Assembly (NCBI GenBank): GCA_000146465.1
Contig: CP001944.1
Strand: one strand, 5' to 3'
Length of the DNA stretch: 64,000 nucleotides
The notes beneath the pieces are model-generated. The model was not told the DNA's origin. It saw nothing but the letters and a program-made list of their open reading frames with translations, and made no database searches. Shown here piece by piece: positions 17,684-27,654 of the stretch. The position numbers and the translations under genes were made by a program. Within the stretch, counting starts at the first letter, position 1; each line of letters starts with the position of its first letter.

Positions 17684-20600
17684 ATGGGGGTTGACTTGAA
17701 ACGCCTAAGCGAGCTGTTCACGGTGAGATTTGAGAAGGAATACCGGACATATGGGGAATACTTTGGAGATATTATACACCTTTCCAAGGATTCGGGGCTT
17801 GAAGAGATGTTTTGCAAGTATGAGAAGAACATTTTGAATGAGGAAGATATTCTGGGATATATCACAAGCAGTAGTCCCAGTAATCTGAAGCATTTTAGCA
17901 GGATTTATGAATATGAAAAGGGCTTTTGCAAGAGGACGGCGGTGTTGCTGCTGAAGAAGAGATATGAGGAGGAGGAATATGACAAGAACGCAATCTTCCA
18001 ATGCATTAGAAAGCTGTCCCACTACCTTGAGTTTAAGTTTGTGAAAGATATTTGTGACGATGAATGTCTGGCGTTTATTATCGGGGAGTACGCTCGGAAG
18101 CATGAGTTTGACGAGTCATTTCTAGACGAGATTGCAAATTTCTTGCCATCAGTGTTCCTGGGATACACACAGTTGAACGGTCTTTTGCTTGATTCCTTCG
18201 AGAGATCATTTGAGAAAGTAATAAGAAAAAGCTTGGAGATTCTTTGGGTTGTCGATTGTTCGAATAAGAGAGTGGCCCGGGCCATTTCAAGGAGCATGGA
18301 GAAGAAAAGGATCTTTGAATATCTTGCAAGTAACAACTTGGTTGGGGAGGACCGGCTAGGAGAGATGATGAGTGTTGTTGGGAGTGTTAATGCCCAGATG
18401 TTTCTTAGCGATGGGGTTTTTGGGAGGCTTGAAGAGGAGAGAGCAGTGAAGTATCTCGATGGTGTTTCTGTTGAGGATGTTATTGAGATTGGAATACTTG
18501 GATGTGAATGCCGAAGATTGTATAAGATTCTTCCACGGGTATTTGAGAAGAGGAAGGAGAGTTTTATGAAAGATGGAAGGATTGTCAATGTTCTGCTCCT
18601 TATGGTTTACTACAATTCCAAAATAAGATTTGGAGACACACTCGGACTTCTAGGGCCTTCTCTAGAGAGAGAGTTCCTAGAATACAGGGAGAAAGAAATA
18701 CGGAAGATTGTTGTGGATGTTGACAAAGACAGTGGAGAGATAAATGAGAAGGAGGAATGCTCTTCAGATTCTCTGGGATTCTTTTCTGAAGGAAATGAGT
18801 TCCGATTTGTCAGGGAAGGAAAGGCTGGGAAAAGAGATATCTTGGAATACTTGAAGGAAATATGGAAGGAGGAAGGAGACTTTATTAAGAATGTTAGGAG
18901 GAAGCTAGGATTTGGATGTTTTCTTGGCAACCCTTCAAAACCTACCTTTGACCAACTGTTGGAACTTCCAAACTACTACTTTGTGGAATCCCTCAAAAGA
19001 TATAGGAATGAGTTTCTGGACTTGCTATTGGAGTTCCATGAGATAGTGGTTCCAACCAGCCGAAGAAGGAGTTTGATTGGAAAGAAAATTATATCCAGTG
19101 GATACAAGGGGCTCTTTATCAGATATCTCATAAGAAGGAATAAGTACTTTAAGGTTGAGGTTGAGCTTAGCATGTGGTTGAAAGAGATGTCACCCGAGTA
19201 CAAAATCAAGTATTTTTGTGATTATCCGATGGCTCTGATTGGAAGGGAGAGCCAGGTGCTCGAGGGTCTAGGAAGCAACATCTATATGTTATATCCTGTT
19301 GTCTTAGAGTTGGAAAGAAGAAGCGTAGCACAGGAAGTGATTGATCAGATCAAAAAGCACATGATTGGGGCGGGCAGCTTTGGCAAAAAGAAATGCGAAG
19401 AAGCCAGTAGGTTAGAGGAAGTCAAGAAGATAAAGGAAGAAGAGTCTACCAAAGGTAGAGAAAGCAGAAAAGAAAGCGTTCTGGAAAAGAAAGCAAATGA
19501 ATGGGAAGAACAGACAAAGAGAACAAGAATGGAGGGCAAAGAGAAAGAAGAGAACATTTATGACGACAAGTATCCCATTGAGAAGATCGACCATGTTCTT
19601 TTCAAGAAGAGAATAGGATTTATATGCAACGAGATAAACAAGAGGATTTTGAATGGGAACGGGCTTCAGAGAGCAGGAAGGGTTACCTCGATACTGGTTC
19701 GGGACAGAGAAATGCTTGAAAGGATCCAGTCGATCCTGAATGGGGTGAATAGATTTGGAAAGGATCTTACAAACTTTGTAAGGTTCCTTGCATTTTTCCT
19801 CTCTTATTGCAGAATGGAAGTAGATATGTTGGACACAACTCTTAAGACTTTGAAGAGGTACATCTCTGAAGAAGAGGATGATTCTGTTTTGTATTTTGTG
19901 TTTATGAAGATACGATTGGAGCAAGTGGAAAAGTTGGTGGTGGAATTCAAGGAAAACAGCTTTGGAGTTATTCACAAGGCGATGTGCGATCGAATCCAGG
20001 GGGTCAAAGAAGGAGAGGCTAGAAACATGGTGGAAGGCTGTGTGACAGTTAGTACTAATGTTGTTCCTGGAGCAACCAAGAAAAAAAGAGGAGGAGGAAT
20101 AGGGCCCGACACAGTTGAAATCTGGGACTACAAAGGACAGACGGAGAGGATCCAGAAGATTGTTATGGCATTTCTATCTTCGGGAGACGAAAGCATGCAG
20201 TACTTGGGCCTGGAGGGCTTGAAGGCATTGGGACAAAGAGTGGATGTGGAAAAGTTTCTTGATTCGAAAAGCGATCGGGTTGTTGAAACTGCATTGAGTA
20301 TGGCAATAGAAAGAGGAATCACATGCGACGTTAATGAAAAACTTATGAAAATACTCTACAGAAGGGGGAGACTAGACAGTCTTGGGAAGATGTGTCTCAG
20401 AGCTGTGAATATAGACGCCTTGGAGAAAGAGGATGTTGACAGGATCTACGAGATGTTCTTCATCGATCCAAAAAGTTACCTAGAGATCTTGCCAAGAATT
20501 TTAGAGAGAGGCTACGAACTATCCGAAGATATAGCAGTGGAGCTGACAAGGTTATTGGGGAGTAGCCAATGCGATGAAGTTCTTGGGAATTCGATGAAGG

Positions 20601-21034
20601 CCCTGAAGAATGTTGAGTACACAGCAGAGATGGCTTTTGAAGGAATCCTTGCGCTTGAAAATGCCAAGTTTACTCCAAAAATGTTTCTGGTGGAGAAGAT
20701 ATGGAGGTCTCCGTCCAATCTTAGTACACGGGGGTTTCTCAGGCTATGTGTTTGTGTGTGCAATGAGGAAAACTATGCTGTACTAAAAGGACTCCTACAG
20801 ATACTAAAGAAAGGAGGTGTTCATGCAGACATTGTTGAAAAGTGGAAGAAAAACAAGTCGTTAGATAGATTAATGGCGAGAATATATCCTCTATGCTTGA
20901 AAGACAAGATATATTATCGAGATATCCTAGACAGTATGAAGAAAGATGCAGAGGAGTGGAAATTTATCAATGAATTCTATAGAGATGAGCTTGAGGCTGC
21001 AAGGCTTGTGGATAAGCATCTGTCAGAAAGCTAG
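17684..21034 (+). CDS. Large hypothetical protein (about 1116 aa), no recognisable domain
   Basis: ORF-track start 17645 is TTG. The first ATG is at 17684, preceded by gaaaaatggatccc. The ORF is long and uninterrupted. A Lys/Glu-rich stretch lies near residue 580. Confidence 0.7.
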   Translation: MGVDLKRLSELFTVRFEKEYRTYGEYFGDIIHLSKDSGLEEMFCKYEKNILNEEDILGYITSSSPSNLKHFSRIYEYEKGFCKRTAVLLLKKRYEEEEYDKNAIFQCIRKLSHYLEFKFVKDICDDECLAFIIGEYARKHEFDESFLDEIANFLPSVFLGYTQLNGLLLDSFERSFEKVIRKSLEILWVVDCSNKRVARAISRSMEKKRIFEYLASNNLVGEDRLGEMMSVVGSVNAQMFLSDGVFGRLEEERAVKYLDGVSVEDVIEIGILGCECRRLYKILPRVFEKRKESFMKDGRIVNVLLLMVYYNSKIRFGDTLGLLGPSLEREFLEYREKEIRKIVVDVDKDSGEINEKEECSSDSLGFFSEGNEFRFVREGKAGKRDILEYLKEIWKEEGDFIKNVRRKLGFGCFLGNPSKPTFDQLLELPNYYFVESLKRYRNEFLDLLLEFHEIVVPTSRRRSLIGKKIISSGYKGLFIRYLIRRNKYFKVEVELSMWLKEMSPEYKIKYFCDYPMALIGRESQVLEGLGSNIYMLYPVVLELERRSVAQEVIDQIKKHMIGAGSFGKKKCEEASRLEEVKKIKEEESTKGRESRKESVLEKKANEWEEQTKRTRMEGKEKEENIYDDKYPIEKIDHVLFKKRIGFICNEINKRILNGNGLQRAGRVTSILVRDREMLERIQSILNGVNRFGKDLTNFVRFLAFFLSYCRMEVDMLDTTLKTLKRYISEEEDDSVLYFVFMKIRLEQVEKLVVEFKENSFGVIHKAMCDRIQGVKEGEARNMVEGCVTVSTNVVPGATKKKRGGGIGPDTVEIWDYKGQTERIQKIVMAFLSSGDESMQYLGLEGLKALGQRVDVEKFLDSKSDRVVETALSMAIERGITCDVNEKLMKILYRRGRLDSLGKMCLRAVNIDALEKEDVDRIYEMFFIDPKSYLEILPRILERGYELSEDIAVELTRLLGSSQCDEVLGNSMKALKNVEYTAEMAFEGILALENAKFTPKMFLVEKIWRSPSNLSTRGFLRLCVCVCNEENYAVLKGLLQILKKGGVHADIVEKWKKNKSLDRLMARIYPLCLKDKIYYRDILDSMKKDAEEWKFINEFYRDELEAARLVDKHLSES

Positions 21035-21546
21035 AAAGTGCATCTTTTTCTGTGCTTGTCTAAGGATGCATTGTAGGCATATTCCTTGCCGCATGAGCAC
21101 TTAAAGGGCTTTATCAAAAGATGGGAAGATCTTATATGGGCTAGAAGGTTCCCCTTCTTACTAAACTCAAACTTACAATATTCACATATATGTTTCTTCC
21201 TCCTACCATTAAACACTTTAACATGATGACTCTCTGTATGGACATCGAACCAAGATTTCTTTTTGTACTCTTTTCCGCAGATGGTGCATCTATACTTCAG
21301 ACATGTCTTCTGGTGCCTCTGCAACCTGTCTTTCGTGTGGCACATGTACCCGCATCTTTCGCATTTGAGCTCTGGAGGGAAGTGCTTTTTCTTGTGCACA
21401 GAGAGGTGGCCGTTCTTCATGTAGGATTTCTCACACATGTCGCATTTGTAGGGTCTGTTCTTTGTGTGTGAGTTGAAGTGGTCGTTGAGCTTGGATTTTC
21501 TTGAAAACGACTTTCCACAGCCTTCAAAACAGCAGTGGAAGATCAT
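21031..21546 (-). CDS. Multi-C2H2 zinc-finger protein
   Basis: ORF-track start is TTG. The first ATG is at 21546, preceded by AAATTTTTTGG..GACCCTT. Repeated C2H2 fingers include YKCDMCEKSYMKNGHLSVHKKKH and HICEYCKFEFSKKGNLLAHIRSSH. Its stop codon overlaps the stop of the convergent gene (CTAG at 21031-21034). Confidence 0.7.
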   Translation of the reverse strand: MIFHCCFEGCGKSFSRKSKLNDHFNSHTKNRPYKCDMCEKSYMKNGHLSVHKKKHFPPELKCERCGYMCHTKDRLQRHQKTCLKYRCTICGKEYKKKSWFDVHTESHHVKVFNGRRKKHICEYCKFEFSKKGNLLAHIRSSHLLIKPFKCSCGKEYAYNASLDKHRKRCTF

Positions 21547-21586
21547 GGCTGTCAAGGGTCATACGAACCAAAAAATTTAATGACTA

Positions 21587-21877
21587 CTAGCCTCCGTGGA
21601 TGGTAGAGATAAGAACGATGTGATCTCCATACTTGACCGGGCTTTTCTCTCTTCCTGTTATCTCCCAGTCCATCTTGTTTATGATGCAGATTGTTCCATT
21701 CACAAGCTCTCCACAATTGTCGAAGTAGCTGTCTCTGGTTTCTCCATATCGGCTAAACAAATACTTCAGAGCATCTCCAACTGTCGATATCGATGAATTC
21801 TCTATTTCTTCCTTACTCAGCTCTATCTCCTTGTTGTTCAGTTCTACAACACTTGCCCCATTGAATCCAATTCTCAT
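21587..21877 (-). CDS. URM1: Ubiquitin-related modifier 1 (URM1)
   Basis: ATG at 21877. The 96-aa beta-grasp protein ends in ...ISTIHGG, the Urm1 di-Gly terminus. Confidence 0.85.
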   Translation of the reverse strand: MRIGFNGASVVELNNKEIELSKEEIENSSISTVGDALKYLFSRYGETRDSYFDNCGELVNGTICIINKMDWEITGREKSPVKYGDHIVLISTIHGG

Positions 21878-21919
21878 TTCTTGGGTCTCAGGGATCGGGT
21901 GTTTTCATTTGGTGAGAGG

Positions 21920-22303
21920 CTAGAAGCAGGCTTTGTGGATCTCATCAAATTTGTCGTCCAGAGATTGGCTTTTGAAGACTCCCTCCTCCAGTGAGGATGA
22001 TATAAGGGCTGCAGCAAACACACAGTGGATTCTTTCCAGAAATGGACGAGGATTTCTTTTGGAATGGATAAACAGTGATTTGTATCCAGAAGGCATCATA
22101 TACACACTTATCCTCAGGTTGCCGTGTCTTTCCAGGCAGTCGAAGTAATTGGAGTTTGTGGATAGTGTTTTCCAGCCCAGTGTGTCTATTGATCCGTAGA
22201 TCAGAATGATGAGTCTGTAGTATTCCTCATTGCTTGTTCTACCATACATTCTTTGGTAAACAATGTCATTCTTCTCTGAGATTATGACCAAAAGCTCTCC
22301 CAT
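21920..22303 (-). CDS. TRAPP complex small subunit (Bet5/sedlin longin-like family)
   Basis: The internal ATG at 22303 is preceded by ggaaaccc. The longer ORF-track version would overlap the tubulin 5' region. The protein is about 128 aa with a weak sedlin/Bet5-like pattern. Confidence 0.45.
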   Translation of the reverse strand: MGELLVIISEKNDIVYQRMYGRTSNEEYYRLIILIYGSIDTLGWKTLSTNSNYFDCLERHGNLRISVYMMPSGYKSLFIHSKRNPRPFLERIHCVFAAALISSSLEEGVFKSQSLDDKFDEIHKACF

Positions 22304-22448
22304 GGGTTTCCAGGTTCTGTTTAGTTTCTCACAGGAGCATCCTTGGTTTGTTGGAAGAAGAAGGTAACAGGAAAAAGAAGCCACAGACATGTGGAAAGCT
22401 AGAAGTATTGCTGTGTGTGGAGAAGACTGGCCAGGTTTTATTTGAAGG

Positions 22449-22460
22449 AAAAATTTGCCC
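22449..22460 (+). promoter_or_regulatory. AAAAATTTGCCC promoter-like motif upstream of beta-tubulin
   Basis: tttgaaggaaaaatttgcccttcaaATG is almost identical to the RPS14 upstream 28-mer tttgagaaaaaatttgcccttcgagATG. Confidence 0.45.
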
Positions 22461-22465
22461 TTCAA

Positions 22466-23785
22466 ATGAGAGAAATCATACACTTGCAGACAGGACAGTG
22501 TGGAAACCAGGTAGGATGCAAGTTTTGGGAGACAATCAGCGGGGAGCATGGGATTGACCAGAGCGGGAGGTATGTTGGGACATCTGACAACCAGCTTGAG
22601 AGGGTGAATGTCTACTATAATGAGGCATCCTCGAAGAAATACGTTCCACGAGCAGTTCTGATTGATCTTGAACCTGGAACCATGGATGCAGTTAGGCAGG
22701 GGCCATTTGGAGAATTATTCAGGCCAGACAACTTTGTGTTTGGGCAGAGCGGAGCAGGAAACAACTGGGCAAAGGGACACTATACGGAGGGAGCCGAGCT
22801 TATTGATTCTGTGATGGATGTGGTTCGAAAGGAAGCAGAGTCGAGTGACTGCTTGCAGGGGTTCCAAATCACACACTCTCTCGGAGGAGGAACGGGAGCA
22901 GGGATGGGAACTCTCCTTCTGTCGAAGATAAGAGAGGACTTTCCAGACAGGATGATATGTACATTTTCTGTTGTTCCTTCTCCAAAGGTAAGTGACACGG
23001 TTGTAGAGCCGTATAATGCAACACTTTCAATCCATCAGCTGGTTGAAAATGCAGATGAGACCTTTTGCATTGACAACGAGGCACTGTACGACATATGCTT
23101 CCGAACCCTAAAGTTGAACAACCCTGGGTATGGGGATCTGAACCATCTTGTGTCCTTGGTGATGAGCGGAGTGACAACGTGCCTGAGGTTTCCTGGGCAG
23201 TTGAATGCAGATCTTAGGAAGCTTGCAGTCAACATGATTCCATTCCCTCGGCTGCACTTCTTTGTTGTTGGATTTGCTCCTCTGACTGCTGTAGGCACAC
23301 AGAAATTCAAGACCTACTCTGTCTCCGAACTCACACAACAGATGTTTGACTCGAAGAATATGATGACGGCATGCGACCCAAAGAAGGGAAGATATCTCAC
23401 TGTTGCAGCAATGTTCCGAGGAAAGATCTCGATGAAGGATGTGGATGAGCAGATGTCGATGGTACAGTCAAAGAACAGTTCTCTATTTGTGGAATGGATT
23501 CCAAGTAATGTGAAGACGGCAGTCTGTGACATTGCACCGACAGGCCTCGAAATGTCTGCAACATTTGTTGGGAACACAACATCCATCCAGGAACTCTTCA
23601 AGAGGATTTCGGATCAGTTTACAGTGATGTTCCGAAGAAAGGCCTTCCTGCATTGGTACACAGGAGAAGGAATGGATGAGATGGAGTTCTCGGAGGCCGA
23701 GTCGAACATGAACGACTTGCTTTCTGAATATCAACAATACCAGGATGCAACAGTCGAGGATGCCGAGGAGTTTCTAGTTAATTAA
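22466..23785 (+). CDS. TUB2: Beta-tubulin
   Basis: ORF-track start 22415 is GTG. The true ATG is at 22466 ([22 protein letters not shown]...). The tubulin GGGTGSG signature is present and the protein aligns to beta-tubulin over its full length. Confidence 0.97.
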   Translation: MREIIHLQTGQCGNQVGCKFWETISGEHGIDQSGRYVGTSDNQLERVNVYYNEASSKKYVPRAVLIDLEPGTMDAVRQGPFGELFRPDNFVFGQSGAGNNWAKGHYTEGAELIDSVMDVVRKEAESSDCLQGFQITHSLGGGTGAGMGTLLLSKIREDFPDRMICTFSVVPSPKVSDTVVEPYNATLSIHQLVENADETFCIDNEALYDICFRTLKLNNPGYGDLNHLVSLVMSGVTTCLRFPGQLNADLRKLAVNMIPFPRLHFFVVGFAPLTAVGTQKFKTYSVSELTQQMFDSKNMMTACDPKKGRYLTVAAMFRGKISMKDVDEQMSMVQSKNSSLFVEWIPSNVKTAVCDIAPTGLEMSATFVGNTTSIQELFKRISDQFTVMFRRKAFLHWYTGEGMDEMEFSEAESNMNDLLSEYQQYQDATVEDAEEFLVN

Positions 23786-23931
23786 AAGGTTAGTCGTATG
23801 TCTCTCTAGTTACAGATGTGTGGGAGTTCTTGATTTTTTGTCTTATTATCGGTATCATGACTGATAGGTGTGGCAAATGAAACAAGTTTTGGACTGTTGG
23901 ATTTATTGTCCAGGCCAGACGAAACACAGTG

Positions 23932-24558
23932 ATGGCATATCTGCTGGAGAAGGCAAATGGATCTCGCTGTGTGCTCGAAGCCATCAAGGTCGAGCCATTT
24001 ACGCAGAAGCAGTTTGCAGACATGATAAAAGAAGCTCATGTAAGATCTCAGGACTATTACCTTGCAAGAGTGCAGTGTAAGAACATCTCCGAGGACGGGA
24101 AGAATGTATACTATTGCTACGATGCCAAACAACTCTGTAAATACATATTCGAAATGGTAATTTCCACAGAAGGAAGAAAGATAAGGATAAAGAACTTCAA
24201 GGATCCGATAAATCAAGAGCAGATCCATGAGATCAGCTTCTTCAAGCTGAGATACGACTCAGACACTCCTCTGAAGGCAGAATATGTTGGAAACCAAGCG
24301 AACTTTCTTGAAAACAACTGCTTCCGCAGCAAGATATTTTACCAGGAAAATGCTCTGGATGCCCTGTCTGTGAACTTCCAGTTTGGCCCACAGAAGAAGA
24401 AAATACCAATCATCAACAAGAAAAAGATATTTACAGTGCTCATGATGGTTGTCGTGATCCTGGCAATAGGAACGTTGGTTTCCATGGTGGCAGAGAAGGG
24501 GTCTCAAAAGGCCTCCCGCCCTCTCAAGCTCTCGATAAACAAAGGAAAAAGTATTTAA
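23932..24558 (+). CDS. Hypothetical tail-anchored membrane protein
   Basis: ORF-track start is GTG. The first ATG is at 23932. There is a single C-terminal TM segment IFTVLMMVVVILAIGTLVSMV followed by a short basic tail. Confidence 0.5.
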   Translation: MAYLLEKANGSRCVLEAIKVEPFTQKQFADMIKEAHVRSQDYYLARVQCKNISEDGKNVYYCYDAKQLCKYIFEMVISTEGRKIRIKNFKDPINQEQIHEISFFKLRYDSDTPLKAEYVGNQANFLENNCFRSKIFYQENALDALSVNFQFGPQKKKIPIINKKKIFTVLMMVVVILAIGTLVSMVAEKGSQKASRPLKLSINKGKSI

Positions 24559-24576
24559 TAAACGCCTCTTCCACAC

Positions 24577-24837
24577 TTAAGTCTTTCTTCCAAAGAACGG
24601 AGCAAACTTCAGTGCAGGCGGCAAGACAAAGAATCGAATGCTTGATCCACGAATCACAACCTCTTTCCTCGGTATGCAAGAGCTGTTGGAAGTGACAACA
24701 GCATCAGTCAGGATAATGTTCATATAGTCGTCGACTTCTTTCATCTGTCCCCTATACATATCTCCGCTGTTGGTTTCTACAGTAACAACAAATCCCTGTG
24801 CCTCATGAAGTAGCTTCAAAGGAATCGTTACCCCCAT
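24577..24837 (-). CDS. SMD3: Small nuclear ribonucleoprotein Sm D3
   Basis: MGVTIPLKLLHEAQGFVVTVETNSGDMYRGQM...IRGSSIRFFVLP is a canonical Sm D3 fold. An in-frame ATG at 24858 lies 7 codons upstream but sits inside a TTTGCCCC promoter-like motif. I prefer 24837. Confidence 0.8.
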   Translation of the reverse strand: MGVTIPLKLLHEAQGFVVTVETNSGDMYRGQMKEVDDYMNIILTDAVVTSNSSCIPRKEVVIRGSSIRFFVLPPALKFAPFFGRKT

Positions 24838-24878
24838 AGACTGGGGCAAACAATTCATTGGAGGATGATCCTAGACTT

Positions 24879-26498
24879 TTAATTGTTTTTTTTTTCTTGT
24901 TCCTTCTCCTTGTTGTCGACGTACCAGGAGCTGTTACGCAGATTCCTATTCCTCCTGAATGGATTTGAATCGCTCTTCCCCCCAGGATTTTCCGATGGAA
25001 TATGTCTAAACGCATCCAATGGAGGAACATATGCCTTTTGGGTTCCCGAAGAGTGGGGATTTGGAGGCCTATACACCTTGGCTTCCTCTCCTTCGCTTCT
25101 CCAATGTGCAGATCTGGTAGGCTTGGGCATGGGGACTTCAATCTTTCTACCAAGCTCTTCAATCCTCTGAGACAGGCCCTTTCTTGCCTCTTCAACAAGG
25201 TCCAAATATGCTCTGAGCTCCTCTCTCTTAGTTTTAAGTTTGTTTTCTTTCTTCTCAAAAGCCTCCTTTGCTTCCTTGTTCCTCTTCTCGTACCAAGCAT
25301 CTTCTATTCCCTTTGCATTTTTCATGTAGTATCGAGAGTACATCTTCACCTTCTTATAGGCCGAAGAAAACCTATCGCGGAACTTGACTGTCTTTTTTGG
25401 ACGGCTTGGCTCTTCTTTCTTCACAATCTTCTTTTCCTCGGAAATCCTCTTCCTTTCTATCACAGGCTTGGAAGCTGTCCTTGTTCTTTCTTTGTATTCC
25501 TCTATGATTTCAAACACTTTCCTCTCAACCGTCTTGTACTCATATTGCTCTATTAAAATGTATGTCCCATCAATACTAAACCTAAAATCATTCTTCTTCA
25601 TAAATGCAATCAGATCCATGTTCTCCTCTACCAGAACCCTTTTTCCAACACATTCCGAGTATTTTCCCCACATCTCGAAATCAAACTTCCTTCGTATAAG
25701 AGTGTTTCCAGACACATCTATTCCAGAACATCTTTTCTCTACATTACTAAGAATCTCAGGCAGATTCAAAAGCCTGGATTTGCAGAACAATTTCTTCTGC
25801 TTGTCCCCTTCGTTCTTGAGAAGTGCGTACGAACATAATGTGCGAAAGTCTTCAATGCTGCATTGCTTCTGTATACACCTGGGCTCCAATGATGTAAGAA
25901 TATTGATCACATTGACATATGAAAATAGCATACCCGACTCAAGGAAAAAGCTGCCAAGAAGCTCCATATACAATATTGCTGTATTGCTTGATGAAAACTT
26001 TCCCATCGACGTTACGATCTCACATACCTTCTCACATACAGCATAGGATTCATACAATGCCCCTCCTTTGCTTAGAGTCCATCCAAGACCCAGGAGAACC
26101 TCAAGAAATGTCCCATACATCCCTTCCTTTGTAGACGCAGGCATCTCATCATACATCTTGTTGAAATACTCAAAAACCCCCTTGCACTCTTCAACACTGT
26201 ATCTTTTCTTGACCGACTCGACCCATGGCATAAGCACCCCAGCCATACCTCCATACAGTCTGTTCCGAAGAAAGTGGTTACCAAACACCTCATAAACATC
26301 CGACTCCCAGTCGTTTCCTCTGCTGGAAAATGCATTGTAAAACTTTTCCACATATCCAGGATTATATTTATGCTCAATCAGAAGCTTTTCCAGACTGTCT
26401 GTAGATCCCGATTCTTTAATCTTCTGAGAAACACGCATCACATCATCGCTTACTACTCCATCCTCAGAATCCATCCTGGGGCTAAAAGATTCATGCAT
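24879..26498 (-). CDS. Hypothetical protein with Lys/Glu/Arg-rich C-terminal half
   Basis: ORF-track start is TTG. The first ATG is at 26498. The protein is 539 aa. Its C-terminal 200 aa are highly charged, which is a nuclear/RNA-associated flavour. The N-terminal half is helical-repeat-like. No confident family. Confidence 0.6.
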   Translation of the reverse strand: MHESFSPRMDSEDGVVSDDVMRVSQKIKESGSTDSLEKLLIEHKYNPGYVEKFYNAFSSRGNDWESDVYEVFGNHFLRNRLYGGMAGVLMPWVESVKKRYSVEECKGVFEYFNKMYDEMPASTKEGMYGTFLEVLLGLGWTLSKGGALYESYAVCEKVCEIVTSMGKFSSSNTAILYMELLGSFFLESGMLFSYVNVINILTSLEPRCIQKQCSIEDFRTLCSYALLKNEGDKQKKLFCKSRLLNLPEILSNVEKRCSGIDVSGNTLIRRKFDFEMWGKYSECVGKRVLVEENMDLIAFMKKNDFRFSIDGTYILIEQYEYKTVERKVFEIIEEYKERTRTASKPVIERKRISEEKKIVKKEEPSRPKKTVKFRDRFSSAYKKVKMYSRYYMKNAKGIEDAWYEKRNKEAKEAFEKKENKLKTKREELRAYLDLVEEARKGLSQRIEELGRKIEVPMPKPTRSAHWRSEGEEAKVYRPPNPHSSGTQKAYVPPLDAFRHIPSENPGGKSDSNPFRRNRNLRNSSWYVDNKEKEQEKKNN

Positions 26499-26532
26499 AT
26501 TCAACTCCAGGATATCCCTTCCAAGGGAACAT

Positions 26533-26889
26533 CTAACTCCACTTCATCTTATTAACAACTTCCTGCATAAGAGAACTTGCCACCCCGTTTAAGCCACTTC
26601 TGACCCCAAAGCCCCGTCCGTTCCTTATGCCACAAGTGAAAGACGCAATAAATGGTGGGGCCAGATGTCTAATCCATCCAGTGGCCCTAATTGCCCTTAG
26701 TCCATAGTACAGAGACGAATATATCATGGCGTGCTTTGCCAACTCCCCTCCTCTCCTTAGGGAGAGTCTAGAATGGGGCTGCTCCTCCCTCTGCTTAAAC
26801 ATGCTACTGGCAAATGCCATCGAGCATCCAATTGCAAAAGAGTTCCCAGTTGTCTCGAAGATAACTAGAGCATAGTCTCCAATGCTCAT
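26533..26889 (-). CDS. Tim17/Tim22/Tim23-family inner-membrane translocase subunit (mitosomal import candidate)
   Basis: The first ATG is at 26889. GxxxG-rich transmembrane pattern: FAIGCSMAFASSMF...GGELAKHAMIYSSLYYGLRAI...GIRNGRGFGVRSGLNGVASSLM. Confidence 0.6.
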   Translation of the reverse strand: MSIGDYALVIFETTGNSFAIGCSMAFASSMFKQREEQPHSRLSLRRGGELAKHAMIYSSLYYGLRAIRATGWIRHLAPPFIASFTCGIRNGRGFGVRSGLNGVASSLMQEVVNKMKWS

Positions 26890-26931
26890 ATGTGGGGTTC
26901 TGCCAAAGCCCTTATCTCTCAAACCACACCC

Positions 26932-27624
26932 ATGAACAGAACAACAGAATACCTGAAGCACATAGACAAGAAGACACAAGCTCCTCCAACTTCAAAGAGC
27001 GAGAGCTTCTACGACACCATCAATATAAAAATAAAGAGGATAGAAAAGAAGCTGGAGAAATCCCTTTCCTACAGAGAGATACTCAAGGTGGAAGAGGAGT
27101 TCAATACTCTTTCTCTTGAGGTTCAGCAAACATTGGATACAATTTCTGTAGAAGGCTCAAGTGACCTTATCCTTCACTTTGAAGGAGTCAAGAAGATTAT
27201 TTTGATGAGGTTGCAAAGGGTCGAGAAAAAACTCAGAAACCTCAAGGACTCGAAGATAGGAATGAGCATTGATCTCGAGCCAGAAAGGCCGCATACATTT
27301 AAGAATGTAGAAGAGGTCCAGATGATGGAGGAGGAAAACAAGAGGCTGGTTGAAGGATACAACATTGAGGGATACAGGCTAACAAGAAAAAGACTTCTTG
27401 AGGTCGAGGCACTCCAGGACACAATTTTCCAGCATCTGACTCTTCAAGACGAGAGAATTGACAGCATAGTAGACCTTACCTCAAGGGCAGGGAAGTTTGT
27501 TTCTTCAAGCAACGAGGCACTGGGGAAAACAAAGAATTCTGGAAAGTTTGCTCGGAGATTTCTGTTTATTCTATTGCTTTGTTTATCCTTCGTTCTGTTG
27601 TTCCTCCACTACTATTACAAGTAA
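26932..27624 (+). CDS. Syntaxin-like Qa-SNARE (SNARE motif + C-terminal TM anchor)
   Basis: Heptad SNARE region ...ALQDTIFQHLTLQDERIDSIVDLTSRAGKFVSSSNEALGK followed by the TM segment FLFILLLCLSFVLLFL. An ATG at 26890 abuts the opposite-strand start (CATATG). I prefer 26932, which is preceded by ccacaccc. Confidence 0.6.
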   Translation: MNRTTEYLKHIDKKTQAPPTSKSESFYDTINIKIKRIEKKLEKSLSYREILKVEEEFNTLSLEVQQTLDTISVEGSSDLILHFEGVKKIILMRLQRVEKKLRNLKDSKIGMSIDLEPERPHTFKNVEEVQMMEEENKRLVEGYNIEGYRLTRKRLLEVEALQDTIFQHLTLQDERIDSIVDLTSRAGKFVSSSNEALGKTKNSGKFARRFLFILLLCLSFVLLFLHYYYK

Positions 27625-27654
27625 ATTCAGCCTATCAAAGTTCCTTTGGAATAT

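Noticed and set aside
22304-22549. Long N-terminal extension of the TRAPP-like minus-strand ORF overlapping the tubulin 5' region
   Set aside because: It would overlap the tubulin promoter and start. The internal ATG 22303, preceded by aaaccc, gives a protein of the expected size of about 128 aa.
23806-24228. 140-aa minus ORF overlapping the tail-anchored protein gene and the tubulin 3' flank
   Set aside because: It has no homology and overlaps the better-supported plus-strand ORF beginning at ATG 23932. I treat it as chance.
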